A program made the translations under genes and the position numbers. Below are positions 9,456-25,165 of a stretch of DNA of 64,000 bases, in pieces (the stretch's first letter is position 1; each line of letters opens with the position of its first letter). The DNA is taken from the NCBI GenBank assembly GCA_048264285.1, contig JBLXDD010000018.1, positions 5,945 through 69,944 on the forward strand. Reading direction: 5' to 3'. This stretch comes from Thalassospira sp. (GTDB taxonomy: Bacteria > Pseudomonadota > Alphaproteobacteria > Rhodospirillales > Thalassospiraceae). The notes below the pieces were generated by a model. The model saw only the letters and a list, made by a program, of their open reading frames with translations, was not told the DNA's origin and ran no database searches.

Positions 9456-9881
9456 ATGCGCGAAAGCAATCACAGCAACACGGACTCTGCCCTTATAAAG
9501 GTAATAGAAACCGCCAACTGGATTTTGCGTGACGGCGCAAACATTCTGTCCGTGCGAACCCACGGGCGCGACCGTTTCTATTTGCCCGGCGGCAAGATTG
9601 AACCGGGTGAAACCGCCCGCGAAGCCATCAAACGCGAAATCAATGAAGAGCTGGGCGTGGACCTTATTCCCGGTACGCTGATGCAACTGGGGACGTTTGC
9701 CGGGCAAGGGCATAACCAGCCTGACGGGGCCCTTGTCCGCATGACCTGTTTCACCGGTTATTATTCCGGAACCCTGACCCCGGCAAACGAGATCGCCGAG
9801 ATCAGATGGCTGTCCCCGCGCGAACGCCACCTGATGGCCCCGATGGGACAAAAGATCACTGCCGCCCTGTTTGATATCTGA
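9456..9881 (+). CDS. NUDIX hydrolase
   Basis: 141 aa. Nudix box GGKIEPGETAREAIKREINEELGV. Starts 6 nt after the nadC stop. Confidence 0.8.
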   Translation: MRESNHSNTDSALIKVIETANWILRDGANILSVRTHGRDRFYLPGGKIEPGETAREAIKREINEELGVDLIPGTLMQLGTFAGQGHNQPDGALVRMTCFTGYYSGTLTPANEIAEIRWLSPRERHLMAPMGQKITAALFDI

Positions 9882-9910
9882 TCTTTTTTATACCGGGTCC
9901 ATCAATTGCG

Positions 9911-12529
9911 CTAGCGCGGTGCATCACCATCGGGGCTGCCGCCTGCGTCGGGGATCTCGCGGCCAGACGCATCGCGATCACGCGAAACATCCTTGGCCGC
10001 AGATGGCGGTGCGGCCTTTTGATCTGCCCCGGTATCGTCGGCACTTGGGGGTGTGTTCTCAGATTTGTCTTCTGACGTTTCGGGTTCCTCAGGCTGTGTC
10101 TTCTCGATCTTTTTTTGCGCCCCTTTGCCAGCATCGCGGATGGCGTCGGTCAACTTGTCGATATCGCGCAGATTAAGATCACGCTGCGGGAACGGAATTT
10201 CGATCCCTTCATCGCGGAAACGCTGAACCAGTTCGAAGCGGATAGAGCTTGCCACCGCAACGACATCGCCAATATCGCGCAGGAAATAACGCAGCTCAAA
10301 ATCAAGCGAACTGGCCCCGAAATCCATAAACACCACCTGTGGTGCCGGATAGGTCAAAATCTCGCGGCGCTTATCGGCCATTTCCAGCAGTATTTCACGG
10401 ACCTTTTCGACATTCGATCCATAAGACACCCCGATCTTCAGAATTCCACGCCCGGACCGTTCCTTAAGCGTCCAGTTCATAACCCGGTTGGAAATCAGTT
10501 CGGAGTTCGGAATAACCACCGATGATCTGTCAAATGTTTCGATTTCGGTCGCGCGCACGCGAATGTCCTTCACAAAGCCCTGATCGGCCCCAACAACGAT
10601 CCAGTCACCGACCTTGATCGGGCGTTCAACCAAAAGGATCAGGCCGGATACAAAGTTGTTCACGATGCTTTGCATGCCAAAACCGATACCCACAGAAATC
10701 GCACCGGCAATGATCGCAAGATTGGAAAGATCAAGCCCCGCAGCGGATACCGCCAGCAGAATGGCAAGGCAAATCCCGGCATAGCCGAAGATCGCCGAAA
10801 CCGAATGTTGCAGACCTTGATCAAGTTTGGTGTTGGGCAAAACCCGGGTACTTAGCATGCGCTGGAAAAAGCGCATCACAGCCAGCACAATGACAAACAT
10901 CAAGGCCGCCAACAGGATGGAACGTAACGAGAAATGAATCCCGCCAACCTGAATACCGATAAAGGCCTGTTGGGCTGCCAGAATGATATCTGCCCAGGCA
11001 ATATCGCTAAAGATCATCACCGCAACAGGCACGGCGATGGAAAACATCACCACATCAATCAGGACACGCAGCCAGAAATACAGCGTACCATGCACAGCAT
11101 CGCTGACGGTGCTGTCTTCGCTGCTTTCGGGGCGAACCAGATAGGTATGCATCAAGGCACGACAATAAGCACGCAACAGCCAGTAACAGGTCAGAAACGC
11201 CATCGCCATCATCAGGTTTTCAAGGATGAAGCGTGCCAACGCGACATAACCAAGCGCCATCAGCACCGGCATCAGGATCGCAATCAGCTTAAGGCCACGA
11301 CGGGAACGCCGTTCAAGTTTTGACCAGAATTCGTGCCGGTCACGTTCATCATGTTGCCAGAAAACGCCAAGCGAGGTGACAAACAACAGAACCGAAATGA
11401 CCAGAACGTTCGAAATACTTTGCACAAGCGCGACATGAAGCGATGTTCCGAGCGTCGTCGCCCCCTGAAGCAGCACCATATCAAAGGCAAAAATCACCGC
11501 CACAGCCAGCGAACAAAACCCGACGACTCGCGCCCCCTGAACAGTCGTACCCGAACGTCGCAATCCCGGTGCAAAGGGTGAATGCACGCTGCGCACCGCC
11601 GCCCCGACAAACAACAAGAACAACGCAGCTGCCAAACACTGATAGATAAAGTCCCCCATTGCACCGCTCAGCAGGACCTCTCGCGAGTCAAGCATGCCAT
11701 AGGCAACCAACAGCGCAACGCCAGGCACCATTGCGGTAAACAGGAACCGCGTCCCCGATATCAGAGACACCCGGTCCTCGTGCGGGACACTGTTCCAGTG
11801 CGTCGGGATATAGCGCAACACGATCACTTCACCACCGATCAATGCGGCAATGACGACAAAGGTCAACAATACAAGTCCCGGGGCAATCTCGGCCAACTCG
11901 TCAGCAACCTGGCCTTCGAGTTCAATATTGGCATAACGGGCCTGAACCATACTGGGCAGTCGAACGATTTCACCCCATGACTTGATCCAGATACCGGGAT
12001 CAAGCGGCACATCCACCCGTCCAAGAATACGCTGGGTGAAACGTTCACGCGCCAATGCCGCCAACTGATCAGAAAGTTCACCTGCCCGAAAATTGGTCAA
12101 TTCCAGCTGTTTGATCAGCCCGCTAACCCGTGCGATATCCCGGTCGATCCGTTCACGTTCGCGGGCCACTTCGGGGACTTCTTCCTGCCCCTCGGCTGGC
12201 GCTTCGCCAAGCTTGCCAAGAGCGGCCTGAAACCGTTGCAGCCGTTCATCTGCCTGCCCGCGCAGGGTTTTGATCTGCTGCTGAATGTTTTCGATCCGGT
12301 CTCGTCCGTCGGCCAGCGCACGGGTCGTTACATCCTGCGTCGCAATTTCTGTTTCGGTTTCATCAAAAATGGTTTCCCATTGCGCAATTTTGCTTTGGGC
12401 ATTTTCCAGTTCGACCTTCTCGACACGATCAGACTGCGGATCGCTGGTTTGTGCCGACAATCCCAAAGAAACCGTCATTGCCAACAGACAGACGGCAAAG
12501 CCCGCAATTACCTGACGAACTGATGTCAT
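9911..12529 (-). CDS. large mechanosensitive ion channel, MscS family (MscK/KefA-like)
   Basis: 872 aa. Signal peptide, long N-terminal coiled-coil region, about 11 TM helices and a C-terminal MscS core (SIVNNFVSGLILLVERPIKVGDWIVV...GFVKDIRVRATEIETFDRSSVVIPNSELISNRVMNWT). Acidic/Pro-rich tail. Confidence 0.85.
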   Translation of the reverse strand: MTSVRQVIAGFAVCLLAMTVSLGLSAQTSDPQSDRVEKVELENAQSKIAQWETIFDETETEIATQDVTTRALADGRDRIENIQQQIKTLRGQADERLQRFQAALGKLGEAPAEGQEEVPEVARERERIDRDIARVSGLIKQLELTNFRAGELSDQLAALARERFTQRILGRVDVPLDPGIWIKSWGEIVRLPSMVQARYANIELEGQVADELAEIAPGLVLLTFVVIAALIGGEVIVLRYIPTHWNSVPHEDRVSLISGTRFLFTAMVPGVALLVAYGMLDSREVLLSGAMGDFIYQCLAAALFLLFVGAAVRSVHSPFAPGLRRSGTTVQGARVVGFCSLAVAVIFAFDMVLLQGATTLGTSLHVALVQSISNVLVISVLLFVTSLGVFWQHDERDRHEFWSKLERRSRRGLKLIAILMPVLMALGYVALARFILENLMMAMAFLTCYWLLRAYCRALMHTYLVRPESSEDSTVSDAVHGTLYFWLRVLIDVVMFSIAVPVAVMIFSDIAWADIILAAQQAFIGIQVGGIHFSLRSILLAALMFVIVLAVMRFFQRMLSTRVLPNTKLDQGLQHSVSAIFGYAGICLAILLAVSAAGLDLSNLAIIAGAISVGIGFGMQSIVNNFVSGLILLVERPIKVGDWIVVGADQGFVKDIRVRATEIETFDRSSVVIPNSELISNRVMNWTLKERSGRGILKIGVSYGSNVEKVREILLEMADKRREILTYPAPQVVFMDFGASSLDFELRYFLRDIGDVVAVASSIRFELVQRFRDEGIEIPFPQRDLNLRDIDKLTDAIRDAGKGAQKKIEKTQPEEPETSEDKSENTPPSADDTGADQKAAPPSAAKDVSRDRDASGREIPDAGGSPDGDAPR

Positions 12530-12724
12530 TCCTGATGATCCATTAATGGTGCCTGACGACCGTTTGTTGACTGTTTTCGCGTTTTGTAAACAGGTTGGGT
12601 TGATAGTTGATCACACTACACTGAAGACAGGAACGAATCATCTGGCGTTTCGTTCCCTGACTTGACGTTTTAACGATGACCCCGTTCCTGATGTGCCCTG
12701 ACACAATCAGACAAGGAGCCCGCA

Positions 12725-13714
12725 ATGAGCAAATCGGCGCTGATAAATGCTTTCGAAATCGCCTCGGACGGCACAGCCCACCCCATTGACTGGGAAGACT
12801 TGCAATCAGGTCTGCCATCAATGACCGAGGGCAGATATCTTTGGGTACATCTCGACTGGATGGGCGACGGGGTTCATGATTGGTTGATCTCGATTGCCGG
12901 ACTGGATGCCACCATCGCCGATACACTATCCACACGTGGTACGCGCCCGGCAGTGTTTTTCTATGACACCGGATATTCGCTTAATCTTCGCGGGGTCAAT
13001 CTGAATGCGCACAACGATCCGGCAGACATGATTTCCGTTCGTTTTTGGGTAACGGCAAACATGGTCATCACACTGCGCAACCAATCGTTAAAGGCGTTTG
13101 ATGATATCCGTGCTGCCATTGCCAGCAACAAGGCGCCCGGCAGTGTCGATGATTTTGTCCTTACCGTTGCCGAACGCCTCGCCTATCGCGTGGAAAATGT
13201 CGTGCGCGGCATGGAAGAAGATGTCGAGACGATTGAAGACGATCAGGAAAACGTGGTCGAAGGCAAAACCCGTTCATTGCGCAAACGCGGTTCCGACATT
13301 CGCCACCGGCTGTCGCGGTTGCGCCGGCATCTTGGCCCGCAGCGTGATGCCCTGGCCAATTATGTTGAACAAAAACCATCCTGGTCGGACAAACGCTTCA
13401 AACGCCGTGCACGCGCCCTGACCGACAAGACCGCCCGTCTGGTCGAAGAATTTGATTCACTTCGCGAACGCATCCAGATCGTCAACGAGAACCTGATGGC
13501 GATAGAAAGCGAACAGATGAACCGCACCATGTATTGGTTAACCGTGATTGCCGGCCTGTTCCTGCCGATCAGTTTTGTCACCGGGCTTCTGGGGATTAAT
13601 GTCGGCGGGCTTCCGGCAACTAACAGCCCGTATGGCTTCCTTGGGGTTTCTGTCATTCTGGCAGTAATCACTGCCTTTGAAATCTGGTTATTCAAAAAGA
13701 TGCGCCTGATCTGA
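12725..13714 (+). CDS. zntB: CorA-family zinc transporter ZntB
   Basis: 329 aa. Two C-terminal TM helices flank the loop LLGINVGGLP (the GxN motif of the ZntB type). AAGGAG RBS. Confidence 0.8.
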   Translation: MSKSALINAFEIASDGTAHPIDWEDLQSGLPSMTEGRYLWVHLDWMGDGVHDWLISIAGLDATIADTLSTRGTRPAVFFYDTGYSLNLRGVNLNAHNDPADMISVRFWVTANMVITLRNQSLKAFDDIRAAIASNKAPGSVDDFVLTVAERLAYRVENVVRGMEEDVETIEDDQENVVEGKTRSLRKRGSDIRHRLSRLRRHLGPQRDALANYVEQKPSWSDKRFKRRARALTDKTARLVEEFDSLRERIQIVNENLMAIESEQMNRTMYWLTVIAGLFLPISFVTGLLGINVGGLPATNSPYGFLGVSVILAVITAFEIWLFKKMRLI

Positions 13715-13811
13715 TGGCTGCATTGCAAAGCACCTTGTTGCATTGCGGTGCAGCTTGGCGCTATGACAAAGCCACGACTTCGATTTCTTTCACTGCATCC
13801 GAGATTTGTTG

Positions 13812-14939
13812 ATGACCGACGGCCCGCTTTCCCGTTACCGCGCGAAAATCACCGCTGGTGAGCTGTCCCACGATCCGATGCAGGAACTGTGCGCAGAAAA
13901 GCTGCAAAGCCTGAAAAACGCACTGGGCAATTACCAACCGTCCACCGGGACCGGTGGGTGGCGCGAACGGTTCGGCCTGACCCGGCGTCGCGACGAACCG
14001 ACACCGCCGCTCGGACTTTATATCTATGGCGAAGTTGGCCGTGGCAAATCGATGTTGATGGATTTGTTCTATGAAACGATCGACATTGAAAAAAAGCGTC
14101 GCGTTCATTTCCACGATTTCATGCAGGACGTGCATGAACGCATGCATCGCTATCGCCAGACCAAGAAGAAAGACGACGCCGATCCGATCCCGCCAATCGC
14201 AAAGGACCTTGCAAACGATGCGTGGTTGCTGTGCTTTGACGAGATGCAGGTAACCGACATTACCGATGCGATGATTCTCGGCCGTTTGTTTGAACAGCTG
14301 TTTGACCACGGCGTGGTGATCGTCACGACATCAAACCGCGTGCCCGATGATTTGTACAAGGACGGCCTGCAGCGCCAGAACTTCCTGCCCTTCATCGACA
14401 TGATCAAACAGAAACTTGATGTCCTTGAACTGGCAAGCCCCACCGATTACCGCATGCGTAATCTGACAGCAGCAGAGGTGTTCCTATATCCGACCACACG
14501 CAAAGAAGCGGCGTCCCGCATTGATGAAATGTTCGCCACCCTGACCGAAGGTGCCCGCGTCGCCCCAGACAGCCTGACCATCAAGGGCCGTAAAATCGAA
14601 ATCGCAGCCGCTGGTGCCGGTGTTGCCAAATTCAGTTTTGACGAACTATGTACCCGCCCGCTGGGGCCGGGGGATTACATTGCCCTGGCAACCCATTTCC
14701 ATACCATCGTGATCGATTTCATCCCGAAATTGCCGGATTCCAGACGTGACTGGGCCAAACGGTTCGGCACGCTGGTCGATGCCATGTATGAACACAAAAC
14801 AAAGCTGATTTGTGCGATCGAATGTGACCCGGCTGAAATCTATACCGATGGTGATTATTCCTTTGAGTTCCAGCGCACAGTGTCGCGCCTGACTGAAATG
14901 CGCAGTCAGGAATATCTTGATATGACACATCTGACGTAA
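13812..14939 (+). CDS. zapE: cell division protein ZapE (AFG1-like ATPase)
   Basis: Walker A GEVGRGKSMLMD and Walker B LLCFDEMQV. The track ORF starts at TTG 13806; the ATG at 13812 is preferred. Confidence 0.85.
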   Translation: MTDGPLSRYRAKITAGELSHDPMQELCAEKLQSLKNALGNYQPSTGTGGWRERFGLTRRRDEPTPPLGLYIYGEVGRGKSMLMDLFYETIDIEKKRRVHFHDFMQDVHERMHRYRQTKKKDDADPIPPIAKDLANDAWLLCFDEMQVTDITDAMILGRLFEQLFDHGVVIVTTSNRVPDDLYKDGLQRQNFLPFIDMIKQKLDVLELASPTDYRMRNLTAAEVFLYPTTRKEAASRIDEMFATLTEGARVAPDSLTIKGRKIEIAAAGAGVAKFSFDELCTRPLGPGDYIALATHFHTIVIDFIPKLPDSRRDWAKRFGTLVDAMYEHKTKLICAIECDPAEIYTDGDYSFEFQRTVSRLTEMRSQEYLDMTHLT

Positions 14940-15450
14940 CGCACCGACTCAAAGGTTTGTGGGCGCCGACTCCAAATCACTCATATTATAATTACTGCAA
15001 TTATTCGCCAGACAGGCACTTTTTGTTTGACGATTCTTGCGCAGAAGGCGGTACATACGCCATTTGACGCAAAATTCGGCATTTCGCGGATTTTGGCCGC
15101 CCACCCGGACCGCATGGCTGATAGCCGTTTCCTGCAATGCTGCGGTACTGTGATGCTGTTCATGCGCACGAATTCGCAGCAAAGGTATGAACTGCCTTTC
15201 ATTTAGGCAGGCCGCAATCGTAAACCAGCTTTGGTTTTCCCACGCATTCCATAGCCTTCGCGTATGCAGCATGAATGGTTTTTAAGCGTTTATACAATAG
15301 TTGCAATAAACCGCGAACCGGCGGTTTTCCTCGTGAAAACAGTGGGGTTTCCCCTTGTCATTCGTTCCGATTCAGTTTACGACACTCGATGTTTACGAAC
15401 GATTATTTCGCGTTCGCAGGTTTAAATTTTCAATCGCGCTCCCAAGTTGA

Positions 15451-16443
<993 letters not shown>

Positions 16444-16454
16444 AGAACGCGAAG

Positions 16455-16482
16455 CGGGCTGGTCAGTGACCGGCCCGTTTTT
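16455..16482 (+). terminator. intrinsic terminator/attenuator between mdh and sucC
   Basis: GC-rich stem cgggctggtc/gaccggcccg (one G-U pair) with a short loop, followed by TTTTT. Confidence 0.75.
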
Positions 16483-16614
16483 CAATCATTGTTGTTATTC
16501 AAACTTCAATGATCGCGGGCCTCGCAACAAAGTCCCTGATGCATTTAACGGGACATTGAAATCCCGATTTCTGACCCACCGGAAATCGTACGGAAGGCAA
16601 GAAAGCGACCGAAC

Positions 16615-17814
16615 ATGAATATTCATGAGTACCAGGCGAAAGAAATTCTTCGCAAATACGGTGTGACCGTGCCGAACGGCAAGGTTGCATATACCGCTCA
16701 GGAAGCCATCGAAGCTGCCCAGTCCCAGGCTGGTCCGGTTTACGTGGTAAAATCACAGATCCATGCAGGTGGCCGCGGTAAAGGCACCTTCAAGGAAGCC
16801 AAGGCAGGTGACAAAGGCGGCGTTCGCGTCGTCAAGAGCCCGGAAGAAGTCGGCGTGAACGCTGAACAGATGCTCGGCTCCACTCTGGTTACCCACCAGA
16901 CCGGCCCGGATGGCAAAGAAGTCAAACGCGTTTATATCGAAGAAGGCTGCGACATCGCACGCGAACTGTATCTGTCAGTTCTCGTTGACCGCGCTTGCTC
17001 GCGCGTGATTTTCATGGCCTCGACCGAAGGCGGCATGGACATCGAGGAAGTTGCCGAAGCAACCCCGGAAAAGATCGTCACTGTCGAGATCGATCCGGCT
17101 GCCGGCTTCTCGGGCTTCCACGGCCGTAAACTGGCATTTGCTCTTGGCCTCGAAGGCAAGCAGGTTTCCAAAGCTGTCAAATTCATGACCGCGATGTACC
17201 AGTGCTTCCTCGATACCGACGCAGCCATGGTTGAAATCAACCCGCTGGTCGTGACCGGCGAAGGCGATATCATCGCCCTTGATTGCAAAATGAACTTCGA
17301 CGACAACGCGCTGTTCCGTCATCCGGACATCGAAGAGCTGCGTGACGAAGACGAAGAAAACCCGGCCGAACTCGAAGCTGCGAAACACAGCCTCAACTAC
17401 ATCAAGCTCGATGGCACCATCGGCTGCATGGTCAATGGCGCAGGCCTTGCCATGGCAACCATGGACATCATCAAGCTTTATGGTGGCGAACCGGCTAACT
17501 TCCTTGACGTTGGTGGCGGCGCAACCAAAGAACGCGTGACCACGGCCTTCAAACTGATCCTGTCTGATCCGAATGTCGAAGGCATTCTGGTCAACATCTT
17601 TGGTGGCATCATGCGTTGTGACGTGATTGCAGACGGCGTCGTGGCAGCAGCCCGCGAAGTCAGCCTGAACGTTCCGCTGGTCGTTCGCCTTGAAGGTACC
17701 AACGTCGATCTTGGCAAGAAGATCCTCGAAGAATCGGGTCTGCCGATTGTTTCGGCTGACAACCTTGCCGATGCCGCCGAGAAGGTGGTCAAAGCTGTGA
17801 AGGAGGCCGCGTAA
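16615..17814 (+). CDS. sucC: succinyl-CoA synthetase beta subunit
   Basis: [17 protein letters not shown]... and the ATP-grasp domain. 399 aa. Confidence 0.97.
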   Translation: MNIHEYQAKEILRKYGVTVPNGKVAYTAQEAIEAAQSQAGPVYVVKSQIHAGGRGKGTFKEAKAGDKGGVRVVKSPEEVGVNAEQMLGSTLVTHQTGPDGKEVKRVYIEEGCDIARELYLSVLVDRACSRVIFMASTEGGMDIEEVAEATPEKIVTVEIDPAAGFSGFHGRKLAFALGLEGKQVSKAVKFMTAMYQCFLDTDAAMVEINPLVVTGEGDIIALDCKMNFDDNALFRHPDIEELRDEDEENPAELEAAKHSLNYIKLDGTIGCMVNGAGLAMATMDIIKLYGGEPANFLDVGGGATKERVTTAFKLILSDPNVEGILVNIFGGIMRCDVIADGVVAAAREVSLNVPLVVRLEGTNVDLGKKILEESGLPIVSADNLADAAEKVVKAVKEAA

Positions 17815-17816
17815 CT

Positions 17817-18692
17817 ATGGCTGTTCTCGTTGATAAAAACACCAAAGTTATCTGCCAGGGTTTCACTGGTTCGCAGGGCACTTTCCACAGCGAACAGGCA
17901 CTGGCATACGGCACAAAGATGGTTGGTGGTGTAACCCCGGGTAAAGGCGGCACCAAGCACCTTGACCTGCCGGTATTCAACACCGTTGACGAAGCGGTTC
18001 ACGTGACCGGCGCCAATGCCTCGGTCATCTATGTTCCGCCGCCCTTCGCAGCCGACGCAATCCTTGAAGCCATCGACGCCAAAGTCGAACTGGCTGTTTG
18101 CATCACCGAAGGTATTCCGGTTGCCGACATGGTCCGCGTCAAGCGCGCGCTCGAAGGTTCTTCGACCCGCCTGATCGGCCCGAACTGCCCGGGTATCATC
18201 ACCCCGGATGAATGCAAGATCGGCATCATGCCGGGTCACATTCACCGCCGCGGTAAAATCGGTATCGTTTCACGTTCCGGTACGCTCACCTACGAAGCAG
18301 TTGCACAGACCACGGCCGCCGGCCTTGGCCAGTCGACCTGTATCGGTATCGGTGGCGACCCGGTCAACGGCACCAACTTCATCGATTGCCTCGACCTGTT
18401 CCTGAAGGATCCGGAAACCGAAGGCATCATCATGATCGGTGAAATCGGTGGTTCGGCCGAGGAAGAAGCATGTGAATTCCTGCAGGCTTCCTCCGTGAAG
18501 AAACCGGTTGCCGGCTTCATCGCCGGTGTTACTGCACCTCCGGGCAAGCGCATGGGCCATGCCGGCGCGATCATCTCGGGTGGTAAAGGTACCGCAGATG
18601 CGAAAATGGAAGCCATGCGTAGTGCGGGCGTTCTTGTTGCCGATTCCCCGGCAAGCCTTGGCTCTACCATGCTGAAGGCTTTGCAGGGTTAA
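17817..18692 (+). CDS. sucD: succinyl-CoA synthetase alpha subunit
   Basis: [31 protein letters not shown] (catalytic His loop). Starts 2 nt after the sucC stop. Confidence 0.97.
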   Translation: MAVLVDKNTKVICQGFTGSQGTFHSEQALAYGTKMVGGVTPGKGGTKHLDLPVFNTVDEAVHVTGANASVIYVPPPFAADAILEAIDAKVELAVCITEGIPVADMVRVKRALEGSSTRLIGPNCPGIITPDECKIGIMPGHIHRRGKIGIVSRSGTLTYEAVAQTTAAGLGQSTCIGIGGDPVNGTNFIDCLDLFLKDPETEGIIMIGEIGGSAEEEACEFLQASSVKKPVAGFIAGVTAPPGKRMGHAGAIISGGKGTADAKMEAMRSAGVLVADSPASLGSTMLKALQG

Positions 18693-18721
18693 TCTGGATA
18701 GTCAGAGGAAAGGCAAGGGGG

Positions 18722-18748
18722 GGCATGGTCCTTCTTGAGGACCATGCC
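18722..18748 (+). other. perfect 10-bp hairpin in the sucD-sucA spacer
   Basis: ggcatggtcc-ttcttga-ggaccatgcc, 15 nt before the sucA ATG. No U-tract. Confidence 0.4.
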
Positions 18749-18762
18749 TTCCAAGACCACAA

Positions 18763-21672
<2,910 letters not shown>

Positions 21673-21779
21673 CACTTTCATCGAACGGGCGAGAAATCGC
21701 CCGTTCGAAACGTTCATTGAGAATTCATTCGTATCCTGGCAGACCCACACTGCCTGATTGAAAAACGGTCGAGGAAAAA

Positions 21780-23048
21780 ATGGCGACTGAAGTTAAAGTT
21801 CCCGCACTGGGCGAGTCCGTATCTGAAGCCACAGTGGCGAAATGGTACAAAAAAGTCGGCGAATCTGTTGCTGCCGATGAACCGATTGTCGAACTTGAGA
21901 CCGACAAAGTTACCGTCGAAGTCAATGCTCCGGTTGCCGGCGCAATTGCCGAGCTGATCGTTGGCGAAGGCGACGAAGTCGAAGTTGGCGCCCTGATCGC
22001 CATGATCAACGAAGGTGCCGAAGGCGCTGCTGCTGCTCCGGCCGAAGAAAAAGCCGAAGCCAAAGCAGAAGAAGCCCCGGCCCCGAAAAAGGAAGAGCCG
22101 AAAGCAGCACCGGCTGCTGCACCGGCTGCGGCAACCACGACCAACAGCGATCACCCGCTGGCGCCGGCTGTTCGCAAACTGGTCGAAGACAAAAATCTTG
22201 ATCCGTCGAAAATCCCGGCAACGGGCAAAGACGGCCGCCTGACCAAAGGCGACGTTCTGAACTTCCTCGAAGGTGGCGGTTCTGCTCCGCGCGCGGCTGC
22301 TCCGGCCCCGAGCGCACCCGCAGCCCCGAAACCGGAACGCGAACTGCGCGAAGGCGAAGAGCGTGTCAAAATGTCCAAGCTGCGCCAGACCATCGCGCGC
22401 CGCCTGAAAGAAGCCCAGAACACTGCGGCCATGTTGACCACTTACAACGAAGTGGACATGACCAATCTTCTGGCATGCCGTAACAAATACAAAGAAGGGT
22501 TTGAGAAGAAACACGGTGTTAAGCTTGGCTTCATGTCCTTCTTCATCAAGGCCTGCACCACGGCGCTCAAAGAATGGCCGGCTGTGAATGCTGAAATTGA
22601 CGGCAACAGCTTCATCTATAAGAACTACTGCGACATCGGCGTCGCCGTTGGTACTCCGCAGGGTCTGGTTGTTCCGGTTATCCGTTCGGCAGAAGAAAAA
22701 ACCTTTGCCGATCTGGAAAGCACCATTGTCGATTTCGGCAAACGTGCCCGTGAAGGAAAACTGGGCATGGATGAAATGACCGGCGGTTCCTTCACCATTT
22801 CCAACGGTGGTGTCTTTGGTTCGCTTCTGTCTTCTCCGATCCTGAACGCGCCGCAATCCGGTATTCTTGGCATGCACAAGACCCAGATGCGTCCGGTCGC
22901 AATCGATGGCAAAGTCGAAATCCGTCCGATGATGTATCTGGCCCTGTCCTATGACCACCGTATCATTGACGGCCGCGAAGCCGTTTCCTTCCTGGTACGC
23001 GTCAAGGAATGCATCGAGAACCCGGAACGCATCCTGCTCGACATCTGA
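21780..23048 (+). CDS. sucB: dihydrolipoyllysine-residue succinyltransferase (E2o)
   Basis: Lipoyl domain ([11 protein letters not shown]), Ala/Pro-rich linkers, E3-binding domain, catalytic DHRIIDG. Confidence 0.95.
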   Translation: MATEVKVPALGESVSEATVAKWYKKVGESVAADEPIVELETDKVTVEVNAPVAGAIAELIVGEGDEVEVGALIAMINEGAEGAAAAPAEEKAEAKAEEAPAPKKEEPKAAPAAAPAAATTTNSDHPLAPAVRKLVEDKNLDPSKIPATGKDGRLTKGDVLNFLEGGGSAPRAAAPAPSAPAAPKPERELREGEERVKMSKLRQTIARRLKEAQNTAAMLTTYNEVDMTNLLACRNKYKEGFEKKHGVKLGFMSFFIKACTTALKEWPAVNAEIDGNSFIYKNYCDIGVAVGTPQGLVVPVIRSAEEKTFADLESTIVDFGKRAREGKLGMDEMTGGSFTISNGGVFGSLLSSPILNAPQSGILGMHKTQMRPVAIDGKVEIRPMMYLALSYDHRIIDGREAVSFLVRVKECIENPERILLDI

Positions 23049-23072
23049 TCAGACAAAAGGATCTAAGAACTC

Positions 23073-24479
<1,407 letters not shown>

Positions 24480-24504
24480 TTCATCAGACAATCGTCTGAT
24501 CAAC

Positions 24505-24545
24505 AAACGGCCGCTCCATTCATTTGGAGCGGCCGTTTTGTTTTG
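24505..24545 (+). terminator. strong intrinsic terminator ending the TCA supra-operon
   Basis: 14-bp stem aaacggccgctcca/tggagcggccgttt with a 6-nt loop, then TGTTTT. A smaller hairpin (tcagac/gtctga) lies just upstream. Confidence 0.85.
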
Positions 24546-24680
24546 GGCACCCGGGCTGTTACCCCCATAAGCTTCTCTATTCTATTGCTTTTGTGTGAAT
24601 GCTGACTTTTGGCAGGTGACGCTGGACTGCTTTGGGGATTAAGATAACAAATCCTGTTTACTGGCCCGGAGATCGAAAAA

Positions 24681-25127
24681 ATGGTGCTGTCTGTTGGTGT
24701 TGTGGCCCATGACCGTCGCAAACGCGAAATGGCGGACTGGCTGGCAAAGCACAAGGATGTATTCGCCAATATGCGCATCTTTGCCACCGGCACCACGGGG
24801 CGAGTTTTGCAGGAACGATTTTCTGATCTTGATATTCATCCGCTTAAAAGCGGGCCGTTTGGCGGCGATCAGCAATTGGGATCGATGATTGCCCATCGCG
24901 AATTGCAAGCCATGTTCTTTTTCACCGACCCGATGACGCCACACCCCCACGATGTCGATGTACGCGCGTTGATCCGGCTTGCCAATCTTTATGAAGTGCC
25001 GATTGCGTGCAATCAAAGCACGGCCGATCTTCTGATCAGCAATCCGAAGTTCGAAGAAATCTGCGAGCAATATCGCGATCATTCGCCCGAACAGGTCTTT
25101 GCCGATTACAGCACCCGCAACGTTTGA
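24681..25127 (+). CDS. mgsA: methylglyoxal synthase
   Basis: 148 aa. VAHDRRK...ATGTTG...SGPFGGDQQ...DPMTPHPHDVDVRALIRL are canonical MgsA segments. Confidence 0.9.
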   Translation: MVLSVGVVAHDRRKREMADWLAKHKDVFANMRIFATGTTGRVLQERFSDLDIHPLKSGPFGGDQQLGSMIAHRELQAMFFFTDPMTPHPHDVDVRALIRLANLYEVPIACNQSTADLLISNPKFEEICEQYRDHSPEQVFADYSTRNV

Positions 25128-25165
25128 CCCCTTAAATTCGACGCGGTCGGAGCGCCCCGTACACC

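Noticed and set aside
22020-22330. Repetitive GCx/CCG-rich DNA (Ala/Pro/Lys/Glu runs) that looks like a tandem repeat.
   Set aside because: It encodes the flexible Ala/Pro-rich linkers between the lipoyl, E3-binding and catalytic domains of the E2 succinyltransferase, which is a normal feature.
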